64,000 nucleotides of DNA from a virus, in the IMG/VR virus record IMGVR_UViG_3300008119_000039, positions 20,522-84,521 of that record, one strand, 5' to 3'. Shown one piece after another: positions 37,009 through 46,596 of the stretch (the first letter of the stretch is position 1; every line of letters starts with the position of its first letter). The position numbers were made by a program, and so were the translations under genes. Below the pieces are notes generated by a model. It was not told the origin of the DNA and ran no database searches. It saw only the letters and a list, made by a program, of their open reading frames with translations.

Positions 37009-37233
37009 ATGATGAATGAAAAGGAAATAAAAATGTTTGAAACTTGTGTGAGTCAGTTGGTTAAGATGCATCTTGGCAATGAGTACCATCGTACCGAGTG
37101 GTGCAATGGTACGCTGTTTGTTGAGTGTACCATCGCTGAAGCTGTCTCGGTGGAAACGATGTTGTTGAAGCGTAAAATCGGTGGCATCATTATGTCTCGT
37201 GTTGGAAATGAAACGGCATACGACTTTGTTTAA
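37009..37233 (+). CDS. Hypothetical early protein
   Basis: Follows promoter; SD AAGGA before internal ATG. Confidence 0.55.
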   Translation: MMNEKEIKMFETCVSQLVKMHLGNEYHRTEWCNGTLFVECTIAEAVSVETMLLKRKIGGIIMSRVGNETAYDFV

Positions 37234-37441
37234 TACTGTACTGGAATGGTTGGCAACGATCGTAACTATCGGTGCCGCAATCGCAACTGCCCAGTCAATG
37301 GATCCTCTAAACATCTATCTGTTTAATCTTGGTTCAATCTTGTGGTTGATCTGGGCAATACGAATCAAGAAACCCTCACTGATAGTTGTCAACGTTGGAT
37401 TGCTGTTGGTTTATTTTTACGGAGTAGTGGTAAGGATATAA
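37208..37441 (+). CDS. Small multi-TM membrane protein
   Basis: LEWLATIVTIGAAI...PLNIYLFNLGSILWLIWA. Confidence 0.55.
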   Translation: MKRHTTLFNTVLEWLATIVTIGAAIATAQSMDPLNIYLFNLGSILWLIWAIRIKKPSLIVVNVGLLLVYFYGVVVRI

Positions 37442-37449
37442 ATAGTGGT

Positions 37450-38241
37450 ATGCTTAAAACATACCGCACCATCTTCATCTCCGATGTTCATCTTGGTACT
37501 CGTGACTGTAAAGCAGACGCACTGAATAACTTTCTGAAGCACAATACCTGTGATACTCTCTACCTCGTTGGAGATATCATTGATGCTTGGAAAATCAAAC
37601 AAAACAAGTGGAGATGGAAACAGAGCCACACCAACGTAGTTCGTCGTGTTCTAGGACATGCAAAGCGAGATACGAGAGTGGTTTATGTTGCAGGGAATCA
37701 CGATGAGTTTTTAAGACCAATGATACCCTATGGATTTTCCTTTGGTCTGGTTGAGATAAAAAATCAAACCGAACACATTGGTGCCGATGGCAAACGATAT
37801 CTCGTGACTCATGGCGATCTGTTTGATGGAATTACTCGACTGGCTCCATGGTTGGCATTTCTTGGTGATAAGTTATACGATCTAGTCCTAGACTGGAACT
37901 CTCGTTTTAATTGGGTTCGTCATAAGCTGGGTTTTGGATACTGGTCGCTGAGTAAATACCTAAAGAATAGAGTGAAGAAGGCATCGGACTTTATGTTTCA
38001 GTTCGAAAGAAATCTGGCAACATATTGCAAGAAACGTGGTTATGATGGTGTGATCTGCGGACATATACACCATGCGGAGATAAAAGAAATCGATGGTGTG
38101 GTATACATGAACGATGGCGACTGGGTTGAGTCAATGACTGCTCTGGTTGAACATCACGATGGTCGTTGGGAAATTATAACATGGACGAAAACAAGTGATA
38201 AAAATATTGATAGTGACGGACAATCTACCAGACCAGATTAA
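37450..38241 (+). CDS. PlcP/LpxH-like metallophosphoesterase (phospholipase C type)
   Basis: FISDVHLG, LVGDIIDAW, GNHDEFLR, HGDLFD, GVICGHIH, NDGDWVES; TATAAATA at 37437. Confidence 0.88.
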   Translation: MLKTYRTIFISDVHLGTRDCKADALNNFLKHNTCDTLYLVGDIIDAWKIKQNKWRWKQSHTNVVRRVLGHAKRDTRVVYVAGNHDEFLRPMIPYGFSFGLVEIKNQTEHIGADGKRYLVTHGDLFDGITRLAPWLAFLGDKLYDLVLDWNSRFNWVRHKLGFGYWSLSKYLKNRVKKASDFMFQFERNLATYCKKRGYDGVICGHIHHAEIKEIDGVVYMNDGDWVESMTALVEHHDGRWEIITWTKTSDKNIDSDGQSTRPD

Positions 38242-39175
38242 TGGTGTTGTTACCACGTTCAAAAATCTGGAAGATTACGCTACTCGTGATGGGTATAGCA
38301 TTGTTTATCTTGATCCCAGGAAGTTCCCTTATTTTAATGCTGTGGGCTATCCTGAAGTTAAGATCTCACTCCCCATTGGTATTGGTAAAAAGATTGAAGC
38401 GATACATGCGGATCATATTCACATCGCCACAGAAGGTCCAATAGGTCTAGCTGCTAGACTGTATCTGGATCGAAAAAAGATACGCTACAACACTAGCTAT
38501 CATACAAAATTCCCTGAGTTCCTGAAGCAAATCTATGGCATTCCAACGTCATGGACGTATGCCTATGTTCGCTGGTTTCATAAGCACTCTGGAATAGTTC
38601 TTACCACCACAAAGACCATGGTCAACGATCTAAGAGACAATGGATTTGATGGTAATATTATTCCTTGGACTCGTGGTGTCAATCGTGCCAATCTACAACC
38701 GAATCAACATCGCATTGAAAGTGACATTCCAAGAGTTCTCTACGTTGGTCGTGTATCAAGAGAAAAGAATCTGGATGCTCTTTGTAGACTTACAGACTAT
38801 CATATACGTATTGTTGGTGATGGTCCAGATCGTACCAGACTAGAGAAAATGTATCCTCACGTGAAGTTTCTTGGATATAAGTCTGGATCCGATCTAGCCA
38901 ATGAGTACCATAATAGTGATGTTTTTGCATTTCCAAGTAAGACTGATACCTTTGGAATTGTCATTATTGAAGCACTATCTCTTGGCACTCCAGTTGCTGC
39001 GTATCCAGTTCCTGGACCAATAGATATACTTACCCCCAATAGTGGCGTAATGGACGATGAGTTAAAGATTGCAATAGATCGAGCACTACTATTAAATAGA
39101 GCGACAGTCCAACAAGAATCAACTCGATGGACGTGGCTAGAATGTTGGAATATATTTAAAAGGAATCTGGTATGA
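38195..39175 (+). CDS. GT4 glycosyltransferase (Agt-like)
   Basis: QINGVVTT, HIATEGPIG, TSYHTKFPE, YVGRVSREKN, FPSKTDTFGIVIIEA. Confidence 0.9.
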   Translation: MIKILIVTDNLPDQINGVVTTFKNLEDYATRDGYSIVYLDPRKFPYFNAVGYPEVKISLPIGIGKKIEAIHADHIHIATEGPIGLAARLYLDRKKIRYNTSYHTKFPEFLKQIYGIPTSWTYAYVRWFHKHSGIVLTTTKTMVNDLRDNGFDGNIIPWTRGVNRANLQPNQHRIESDIPRVLYVGRVSREKNLDALCRLTDYHIRIVGDGPDRTRLEKMYPHVKFLGYKSGSDLANEYHNSDVFAFPSKTDTFGIVIIEALSLGTPVAAYPVPGPIDILTPNSGVMDDELKIAIDRALLLNRATVQQESTRWTWLECWNIFKRNLV

Positions 39176-39408
39176 ACACGCAAATCGGAGACAATCTATT
39201 CTCAGCGGAAGAGATCCACTCGGACAAAGGATATACCCTATCCACTCACGAGAAACAAGCCCAATTTGCCAAGAAACGAGATGATTCTCTGGAAGAATAC
39301 CGTAAGCAAGCCCAAGAACTATGGAATGATTCCTGCACATCCCAAAGAAAACCAAAGGAAGAGAAGTGCCCTTGGGATAATTGGAAAGCAAGTAGAGATA
39401 TTGTATGA
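39172..39408 (+). CDS. Hypothetical protein
   Basis: ATGA-coupled ORF. Confidence 0.5.
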   Translation: MNTQIGDNLFSAEEIHSDKGYTLSTHEKQAQFAKKRDDSLEEYRKQAQELWNDSCTSQRKPKEEKCPWDNWKASRDIV

Positions 39409-39427
39409 ATAACCAAAAGGAAGAAAA

Positions 39428-39622
39428 ATGCTAAGAGATCGTAAATTACTGGTAGAAACAGAAATCACCAAACTAACTGATACAGCTGCACATATGTATC
39501 TAGATGCTATGGTATCCGTAAGTACCCTAAACCCAGAGTATCATGACATCCGAGAAAGAATTACGGATCTACAACATGAGCGTAAGATGATTCAGCTACT
39601 ACTGGACAAAGGTCATCAATGA
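39428..39622 (+). CDS. Hypothetical protein
   Basis: SD AAGGA. Confidence 0.5.
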   Translation: MLRDRKLLVETEITKLTDTAAHMYLDAMVSVSTLNPEYHDIRERITDLQHERKMIQLLLDKGHQ

Positions 39623-39921
39623 AACCTAAAATAGTGGCAATATTACTGGCAATACCTCTATTGGTATACGCTCAGTCAATTATCATAGAAAAACCCCTAC
39701 AGTGTCTTCCAACAGACCAAGTACTAAGAGAATTAACTAGAGAATATGCAGAGCAGATCGTATGGCATGGTGTAGGAGTGGATCAAGAATTACGTAGATA
39801 TGGTCTCTGGGTAAACGAAAGTAGCAAGACTTGGACACTGGTACAGTTTGATGAAACAATAGCTTGTATACTGGGAGCAGGTAGTACAAGTACTGAGGTA
39901 TTCTACGGTCCAAAGATATGA
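39619..39921 (+). CDS. Exported hypothetical protein
   Basis: Signal peptide; KPLQC...KTWTLVQF...ACILGAG. Confidence 0.6.
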   Translation: MKPKIVAILLAIPLLVYAQSIIIEKPLQCLPTDQVLRELTREYAEQIVWHGVGVDQELRRYGLWVNESSKTWTLVQFDETIACILGAGSTSTEVFYGPKI

Positions 39922-39934
39922 TCCTATAACAGAA

Positions 39935-40207
39935 ATGATACACTATTACTTACTTTCCGCAATACTTGAAATCCTTGGATGCCTGTTATTCCTAAGAGGA
40001 AACTACGCTATATCAATCCCAGTGTTAATACTATTTGCTTGGAGTTTAACCTTACAACCGTATGAGCCAGCCAAGGCATATGTAATCTACGGTGGAATCT
40101 ATATCTTATGCTCTGCTATATTTGCAACTATAAGTGGAACGATACTAAGTCCAAGAGATATTGCAGGGATATCACTACTATTAATTGGTGTGCTACTAAT
40201 GCTATAA
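39935..40207 (+). CDS. YnfA (UPF0060)/SMR-like membrane protein
   Basis: LEILGC, LFAWSLTL, AYVIYGGIYI, DIAG motifs. Confidence 0.75.
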   Translation: MIHYYLLSAILEILGCLLFLRGNYAISIPVLILFAWSLTLQPYEPAKAYVIYGGIYILCSAIFATISGTILSPRDIAGISLLLIGVLLML

Positions 40208-40271
40208 ACAGGCATCATCGCAGTAGTCTAAAAACACACTTTGTCTTTATACGCCCATCTTTACACACATA

Positions 40272-40568
40272 ATGCCAGAAAAACGCCAACGAAAATATCC
40301 TGCCAAGAAATGCCCCACGTGTTCTGCTGTATTCTCCAAGCAAGGCAAGTACTGTTCTAGGGCATGCGGCAACTCTCGTACCTTTACGCCAACGTACAAG
40401 GCAAAGGTCTCTAATAGCATCAAGCAAAAGATGATAGATGATCCTGAGTTTCGAGAAGCAGCCATTGCCAAGATCCTTCCTGATATACCCATCCCACCCC
40501 AAGTAGAAGCACCTATCGGTCTCAACCAGTTCGTCTCGGATGGTGACCTATGGACCGAGATAGACTAG
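40272..40568 (+). CDS. Zinc-finger protein
   Basis: CPTC...KYCSRACGNSR. Confidence 0.6.
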   Translation: MPEKRQRKYPAKKCPTCSAVFSKQGKYCSRACGNSRTFTPTYKAKVSNSIKQKMIDDPEFREAAIAKILPDIPIPPQVEAPIGLNQFVSDGDLWTEID

Positions 40569-40642
40569 ATTTGCAAGAAAATAAACTTGCCTTTTACTTG
40601 CCGTAGAGGTAAACTAACTGTGTTAGGGTTGATCGGTAGTAA

Positions 40643-40738
40643 TCCCTCCAGTAGTTGAGGGTTATTTTCCCTTTCTAAATCAATGACTTACGAGTGTGCA
40701 AGAAATCGCTTTACGTTAATTCGTTTTCGTCGTATAAT
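40643..40738 (+). promoter_or_regulatory. Early promoter cassette (palindrome, IHF-like box, promoter)
   Basis: TCCCTCCAG-TAG-TTGAGGGTT; AATCAATGACTTA 40678; TTTACG-N17-TATAAT 40710-40738. Confidence 0.7.
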
Positions 40739-40744
40739 TCTCTT

Positions 40745-41671
40745 ATGATGAATAAAAACGTGAAAGAAAACTCTGTGAAATCCAATATCTCTTTTGACTC
40801 TGCTTCTGGTAAATTTGTTGGTACTGTAAACGGTAAAGTTGTGGTTCGTTCCAAGTATGAATCCGCTGTTAAGGATCGTATCTCCGAACTGTCTGGTTCT
40901 ATCGCTATCGCCCAAACAGCCCTTGACGAAAAGAACGAAAAGTACGGTATCAATGAGCGATTTGGTTTCGTTGAGAAATTAGTGACTATGGTTGCCAATG
41001 GTGTTCAGCCCTCAGCTGTGATTACTGGTGAAGGTGGATTGGGTAAGACTTATACTGTTACCAAAACTCTTGAAGCCAATGGTCTCAAGGATATCTCTGA
41101 TCTTGCTGACTTTCAAGTTGGTAGTATCATTAACACTCGCAAGTGTTTTACCTTTGTTAAGGGGTATTCTACTGCAAAGGGTCTCTATCGTACACTCTTT
41201 GAGAATCAGAAAAGCACCATTGTGTTTGATGACTGTGATGCTGTTCTTAAAGATCCAGTTGCTCTTAACATTCTTAAGTCGGCTCTTGATTCTTACGGTA
41301 AGCGTATCATTAGCTGGAATGCTGATATGCGTGATGATGATCTCCCACGTAGCTTTAACTTTGAAGGTCGGGTCATCTTTATCTCTAATATGCCTCAGGA
41401 CAAGATTGATCAAGCGATTCGTTCACGTAGTATGATGATTGATCTCTCTATGAGTCTGACACAAAAGATTGATCGTATGGAACACATTGCTCTGTCCGCC
41501 GAGTTCCTGCCTGAGTATGATGCTGAGATCAAGAAGGATGCTCTCGGCTTGATTCGTGAGATCAAAGATGACTGCAAAGAAATCTCTCTGCGTACACTTA
41601 TCTCTGTTGCCAAGGTTCGTGCCAGTAACAAAGACTGGAAAGATCTGGCTACTTATATGTTGACTGCGTAA
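40745..41671 (+). CDS. AAA+ family ATPase
   Basis: Walker A GEGGLGKT, Walker B IVFDDCD, FISN sensor, IRSR arginine finger. Confidence 0.85.
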   Translation: MMNKNVKENSVKSNISFDSASGKFVGTVNGKVVVRSKYESAVKDRISELSGSIAIAQTALDEKNEKYGINERFGFVEKLVTMVANGVQPSAVITGEGGLGKTYTVTKTLEANGLKDISDLADFQVGSIINTRKCFTFVKGYSTAKGLYRTLFENQKSTIVFDDCDAVLKDPVALNILKSALDSYGKRIISWNADMRDDDLPRSFNFEGRVIFISNMPQDKIDQAIRSRSMMIDLSMSLTQKIDRMEHIALSAEFLPEYDAEIKKDALGLIREIKDDCKEISLRTLISVAKVRASNKDWKDLATYMLTA

Positions 41672-41726
41672 TAAAGAAGTCTTAATGGAGGGATATCCGT
41701 GGCAAGACTTTAAACTAGCCAAAACA

Positions 41727-41838
41727 GCAGTCTACATCTACAGGTCGTTGCGTCCTTTGACTGAGAGACTATAAAGAAAGAGTCATAAACTGATGCAGTC
41801 TATTTTTGCTTGTTACAGACTATAAAGAAAAACAAGCA
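41727..41838. repeat. Two tandem units GCAGTCTA...AGACTATAAAGAAA, each inside a different stem
   Basis: Exact 14-mer at 41766 and 41817; exact 8-mer at 41727 and 41795. Confidence 0.75.
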
Positions 41839-42235
41839 CTAATTTGAACACAGTAGATAGCCTAGAGCAATTGGTGTACTGGGCAGAGCTAGATGAGATT
41901 AGCTGTGTGTCCGATGCTGCTAGGATTCTTAAGGGGTATCGCTTAGGGGGTCAGGTTTAAAACGATGACTTTAGAGCACGGGTCCCCTTTCTTGGTTTAT
42001 TGGGGTATGGTATTATCCCCCATCATATAATATCATCCCTAAGAAAAAGTTAATGACTTTGATTTCGTTTCTCGGTGAAAAATCGCCCGTATATTTTTTT
42101 GTGAAAAAGGTTCGATAGATATGATTGCATTCTACATTGTCATTGGGTTTCTCTTGGCACAACTTATTGTTGGTTTGATTATCACTCTCTGTATTCGTAA
42201 GTGGGGTATCTATGTCTCTTGAAAAGGTTGCTAAT

Positions 42236-42397
42236 ATGAATGAGTATTATAGGTATCTAGATAAACTCCGTAAGAGTGGCGTTATTAATATGATGGGAGC
42301 GAGTGTGTATCTTCAGCGGGATTTTGGTCTCTCTAGGGTAGAAGCTAGGACTGTACTAAAATCGTGGATGGAACAATATAGGAGTTGTTATGAATAA
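42236..42397 (+). CDS. Small conserved phage protein
   Basis: YLDKLRKSGVINMMGA..YL...FGL motif. Confidence 0.6.
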   Translation: MNEYYRYLDKLRKSGVINMMGASVYLQRDFGLSRVEARTVLKSWMEQYRSCYE

Positions 42398-42656
42398 ATT
42401 GAATGAACATCTAGGAGGATTGGTTATTCCTCACGAGGTGGCAGATGGCATTGTTCTTGCAGTAATGAGAGATCAGCTGGATTATCTGTTACGAGAACAG
42501 CGTTGGTTTGAATGTCCAGACGCAGATCGCTTCGCTCTGGAAGGAGAGTATGGATATAGAATGTGGGTGCATCCTGATGACTATGCAAAGAATCGAGATG
42601 AACTAATCCCAGCCATTAGGATAGTGATAGCTTACTTTGGAGGTCAGCATGAGTGA
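42390..42656 (+). CDS. Hypothetical protein
   Basis: SD AGGAG; VHPDD motif. Confidence 0.55.
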   Translation: MNKLNEHLGGLVIPHEVADGIVLAVMRDQLDYLLREQRWFECPDADRFALEGEYGYRMWVHPDDYAKNRDELIPAIRIVIAYFGGQHE

Positions 42657-42752
42657 TGCAGATCTATGGATTGTTGCGTACTACCTATTGGGATTATTCT
42701 TACTTGCTTCCGCTGTGGGAGTAATTCTCAATAGATTGGTGCGTTCTTTGTT

Positions 42753-42781
42753 TTGACTTTTATTAAGATTGCGAGTATAAT
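42753..42781 (+). promoter_or_regulatory. sigma70-type promoter
   Basis: TTGACT-N17-TATAAT. Confidence 0.7.
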
Positions 42782-42788
42782 TAATAGT

Positions 42789-43037
42789 ATGAGTACACTT
42801 AAAGAACAATTTGAAAAGCGAGATGCTGACAAACCACTAGCAAAGTGGGTATACGGAGATCGTGTATCTGGCAAGGTCGGTGGAATTCCTGTAATTGGAT
42901 CTGTTATCCGAGAAGATTATAATGAGAGTGGGATAGTCTTGTGTCATCTGGATCTACCCATTAATGTTAATGGTGAGTATGTGCACGTGGTAAAAGTCCC
43001 TGCTAAGGGTATGAAACGATTAAAGGTGATAGAATGA
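42789..43037 (+). CDS. Hypothetical protein, possibly leaderless
   Basis: ATG 7 nt after the -10 box. Confidence 0.55.
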   Translation: MSTLKEQFEKRDADKPLAKWVYGDRVSGKVGGIPVIGSVIREDYNESGIVLCHLDLPINVNGEYVHVVKVPAKGMKRLKVIE

Positions 43038-43252
43038 ACAACAATCAACTAATCCAGATCTCCGCTGAGATTGATAACTTTTTAATTAAGCTGGCAACTG
43101 AGAATGAAGTTCCTGCTCTTAATTTAACAGCTGTAGTTCTTGCACGTCTTGCAATTATGTGCGATGATCTAGAATGCCGTGATGATATGAATAAACTTTT
43201 AACAACTGTGGCTACTGTTAATAAACAAGTACCCCATGCAACTTTACAGTGA
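43034..43252 (+). CDS. Hypothetical protein
   Basis: Coupled ORF with SD AAGGTG. Confidence 0.5.
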   Translation: MNNNQLIQISAEIDNFLIKLATENEVPALNLTAVVLARLAIMCDDLECRDDMNKLLTTVATVNKQVPHATLQ

Positions 43253-43259
43253 GAATTAA

Positions 43260-44132
43260 ATGAAAATCGCAATTTGCTCAGACGTGCATTTAGAGTTTGG
43301 ACAACTACACTTGGAGAATACTCAAGATGCTGAAGTACTTATTTTATCTGGTGATATTTGTACTGCTTGCGATATTCGTGTTACCGATAGCATTCTTTCT
43401 AGTGCTAAAACTGATCGCTATCTTGAGTTTTTTACTGCTTGCTCTCGGAACTTCCCTCATGTTGTTTATGTTATGGGTAATCACGAGCACTATCATGGTG
43501 ACTATGCTACTTCTGCAGGCATTCTAAAAGATGCACTAAAGCATCTACCAAATATTCATGTTCTAGACAAAGAAGTATTCACTCTTGGAGATTATGTATT
43601 TCTGGGTGGCACTCTTTGGACTGATATGAATAATGAAGATGAGATGACCATGAATCATGTTCAGCGTCGTATGAATGACTTTCAAATCTGTGAGAACAGT
43701 AATGAGATGGTCAACTACAGAGTGTGGGATACAAAGGAAGATGACACCAAGACTGTAAAGTTTAAGACTCGTCCTGCAACCCTTTCTCCACGACATGTGA
43801 TTGAAGACCACAAAGCGATGCTGAAGTTTATTGAGACTAATTACAATATGACTCCTCCATGGATGACAACCATTGTAGTTGGGCATCACGCACCAAGTAA
43901 GGGTTCTGAGCATCCTCGTTACAAGCACGATAAACTGATGAATGGTGCATACAATTCTCGTTTGGATCAATTCATTATGGATCGTCCAGGAATCAAACTG
44001 TGGACTCATGGTCATACTCATGAAGATTTTGACTACATGATTAAGGGATGCCGTGTTGTTTGCAATCCACGTGGTTACATTAACTATGAAGATCGTGCAG
44101 ATCGTTTTCAACTAAAGGTGGTGGAAGTATGA
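43260..44132 (+). CDS. Calcineurin-like metallophosphoesterase
   Basis: SDVHLE, SGDI, GNHEHY, GHHAP, HGHTH, NPRGY. Confidence 0.9.
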   Translation: MKIAICSDVHLEFGQLHLENTQDAEVLILSGDICTACDIRVTDSILSSAKTDRYLEFFTACSRNFPHVVYVMGNHEHYHGDYATSAGILKDALKHLPNIHVLDKEVFTLGDYVFLGGTLWTDMNNEDEMTMNHVQRRMNDFQICENSNEMVNYRVWDTKEDDTKTVKFKTRPATLSPRHVIEDHKAMLKFIETNYNMTPPWMTTIVVGHHAPSKGSEHPRYKHDKLMNGAYNSRLDQFIMDRPGIKLWTHGHTHEDFDYMIKGCRVVCNPRGYINYEDRADRFQLKVVEV

Positions 44133-44326
44133 GTAAAACTAATTGGACTATTGAAGTACAAGAGGATCCCGAAACTGGAGATAAGATCTTGGAATTCCCA
44201 GACGATCTTATGGAAAGTGCAGGCTGGAAAGAGGGAGATGTCCTTGAGTGGATTGATAACAAAAATGGTAGCTGGACGTTAAGGAAAAAAGATGATAACA
44301 CAGAACAAGATGCAACAAGCAGTTGA
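44129..44326 (+). CDS. AbrB/MazE-like DNA-binding protein
   Basis: LEFPDDLMESAGWKEGDVLEW. Confidence 0.7.
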   Translation: MSKTNWTIEVQEDPETGDKILEFPDDLMESAGWKEGDVLEWIDNKNGSWTLRKKDDNTEQDATSS

Positions 44327-44470
44327 GGATATCCAAAACAAAATCTGCCCAAACGAGATGGAAGAAGCAGTTGTATTTTTGTTTACGGAAATCACCAAAC
44401 TAAAACACGAGAATGAAAATTTAAGAGAAACTATTAAACAATTGAACTGGTCACTACAGGAGCACGACTA

Positions 44471-44776
44471 ATGCCTAAATTTACTTTTATTTGCGAAGAT
44501 GATCCAATGCCTTTTAGCGAAGGTATTGTAACAAAGCGTACTATTGAGTTCGATGCAGTAGCACTCAATGACGTTGTGTCAGAATTTGAATTATTCTTAC
44601 GTGGAGCAGGATTTAATCCACCTGGTATTCTAGATTTTGTTACAGAAGATGAATATTATGGTACTGGTCCAGAGTGGAACACTGAAGAGTGGGATACTCC
44701 ACAAGATAATCTTCCAGATTTTCCAATCACAGATGATAAATCTTCTTACTATTTTGATACGGAGCGTAACAAATGA
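44471..44776 (+). CDS. Hypothetical protein
   Basis: FELFLRGAGF motif, acidic tail. Confidence 0.55.
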   Translation: MPKFTFICEDDPMPFSEGIVTKRTIEFDAVALNDVVSEFELFLRGAGFNPPGILDFVTEDEYYGTGPEWNTEEWDTPQDNLPDFPITDDKSSYYFDTERNK

Positions 44777-45147
44777 CTAAAGTTTTCACAGACGTAGCAG
44801 TTTTTCTCAAAGCATGTGGTCAAGATTGTCCAGTTACACCAAGTCCACAAAATGAATTGTCAAAATTATACTTAAAACTCATCCATGAAGAGTATGCAGA
44901 GTTTAAAGAAGCACTTTTAGATGACGATGATGTTGAACAACTTGATGCTTGCTTTGATATGATGTGGGTTATCATCGGATATATGAAATCTCGTGGTTGG
45001 GATTGTGAAAATTCGTGGGATGAGGGTGCTTTAAGCAATCTTGCAAAGATTGACAAAGTAACTAACAAGGTTATTCGTCGTGAAGATGGCAAAATCCTTA
45101 AACCAGAGGGTTGGAAACCACCTAATTTCACCAAATTCGTGAAATGA
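44773..45147 (+). CDS. MazG-like NTP pyrophosphohydrolase
   Basis: LIHEEYAEF, EQLDACFD, SNLAK, REDGKILKP. Confidence 0.85.
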   Translation: MTKVFTDVAVFLKACGQDCPVTPSPQNELSKLYLKLIHEEYAEFKEALLDDDDVEQLDACFDMMWVIIGYMKSRGWDCENSWDEGALSNLAKIDKVTNKVIRREDGKILKPEGWKPPNFTKFVK

Positions 45148-45148
45148 C

Positions 45149-45177
45149 TTGACTTTAATGTGGTTTTGAGGTATAAT
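45149..45177 (+). promoter_or_regulatory. sigma70-type promoter
   Basis: TTGACTTTAAT...TATAAT, 17-bp spacer. Confidence 0.75.
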
Positions 45178-45183
45178 ATTATT

Positions 45184-45690
45184 ATGATTACACTTTACTT
45201 AGACATGGATGGCGTGCTTTGCAACTTTGACAAAGCATATCATTCTTTACGCACTCATGCAGCCGACGGAAAACGATTTCGTGCAGCTGTAATGGACTTT
45301 CACATCTTTGAAGATCTGGAATTTATGCCAGACACACAAGAATTACTGACTTATGTCAGTAAACTTGAGCATATTCACATTGAAATTCTTACTTCAATGG
45401 GAACTTTTGATGTTCAACAAGGAAATGCAGCAAAATCACAAAAACAAAAATGGTTAGATAAGTGGAACATCCCTTACAAAGCGAATTTTGTGCGTTCAAA
45501 AGAAGAAAAATCTAAATTTGCACATGATCAAGCAATTTTAGTTGATGATTCTATTGGTTGTATCACACCATTTACTGCTAAAGGTGGTCACGGTATACTT
45601 CATACTAGATCTACTGACTCAATACAACAAATTCACGATACAATTCGTGGAATCATGGGGTTGAATGCCCTACGAGGTGCTTATGCTTGA
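45184..45690 (+). CDS. HAD-family 5'(3')-deoxyribonucleotidase-like
   Basis: LDMDGVL, ILTS, K, ILVDD. Confidence 0.82.
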   Translation: MITLYLDMDGVLCNFDKAYHSLRTHAADGKRFRAAVMDFHIFEDLEFMPDTQELLTYVSKLEHIHIEILTSMGTFDVQQGNAAKSQKQKWLDKWNIPYKANFVRSKEEKSKFAHDQAILVDDSIGCITPFTAKGGHGILHTRSTDSIQQIHDTIRGIMGLNALRGAYA

Positions 45691-45967
45691 TATTTTTAGA
45701 CCCACTTTAGAATGGATTCGTGATGACTGGTATTCTAGTAAGTTTCGTTTTATTGTTGAGTTGCTGGCTTGGGCTATTAGTATTGGTTGTTCAATTACTA
45801 TGGCTGCAACAGTCCCTAACCCTCCGCTACTTGTTCTTTATCCTATCTGGATTACTGGTTGTGCTCTTTATGCTTGGGCTAGTTGGACTAGGAAATCATT
45901 TGGGATGCTGGCTAACTACTTGTTATTGGTAACTATTGATATTATTGGTTTAGTTCGGATGCTATGA
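45683..45967 (+). CDS. Small three-TM membrane protein
   Basis: Hydrophobic segments; TVPNPPLLVLYP. Confidence 0.6.
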   Translation: MLDIFRPTLEWIRDDWYSSKFRFIVELLAWAISIGCSITMAATVPNPPLLVLYPIWITGCALYAWASWTRKSFGMLANYLLLVTIDIIGLVRML

Positions 45968-46575
45968 ATATATTTTATCTTCACGAAGATACTAAAGAAT
46001 GCGCAAAACAACATCTTGACAAGCATGTGGTCAAGATGATTCTGGAATATGCACAACTTCTCTCAACTGCTCATCGTCTTCTTGACGGATATGAGTATGA
46101 GGGTAAGTCTATTTCTGGTCGAAAAGCCATGCGATGGAAATTAGCTGACCAGCGTGAAGATAATTTGTATATGGCTTCACATATGAACCATCCATCTGGT
46201 ATCTGGTGTCGTCAGTCATTAGATAATTACTGGTGGTTATATAATTTGTGGCGAGATCTGATGCGAGAATATACATTTCGTTATGGTAAACATCACGTTG
46301 CTGAAAGATTGATTCCGTTTCTTTCCAACCCACCAACAAATATTCCCGCTGCGATTGCAGATCCAATGCCACAGTGCATGCCTGAACAATATAAAGTTCC
46401 TGGAGATTCTATTAGAGCGTATCATAATTATTATATCGGTGATAAACAAAGATTTGCTGTTTGGACAAATCGTGCAATCCCAGAATGGTATGCTACTGCA
46501 TATCGAGAACAAAATCACAAAGCTATATACATTAAAGAACAAAATAAAGTTCGCTTTAAGATGATTCCCGCATAA
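45964..46575 (+). CDS. Pyrimidine-dimer DNA glycosylase (DenV-like) family protein
   Basis: MNIFYL, DKHVVKMILEYAQLLSTAH, HMNHPSGIW, PQCMP. Confidence 0.75.
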   Translation: MNIFYLHEDTKECAKQHLDKHVVKMILEYAQLLSTAHRLLDGYEYEGKSISGRKAMRWKLADQREDNLYMASHMNHPSGIWCRQSLDNYWWLYNLWRDLMREYTFRYGKHHVAERLIPFLSNPPTNIPAAIADPMPQCMPEQYKVPGDSIRAYHNYYIGDKQRFAVWTNRAIPEWYATAYREQNHKAIYIKEQNKVRFKMIPA

Positions 46576-46596
46576 ATACTAATGTAAAGAGTTATA

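Noticed and set aside
41755-41835. Possible hammerhead ribozyme (CTGAGAG / CTGATG ... GAAA)
   Set aside because: Core does not match CUGANGA...GAAA with properly placed stems; kept only as a pseudoknot candidate
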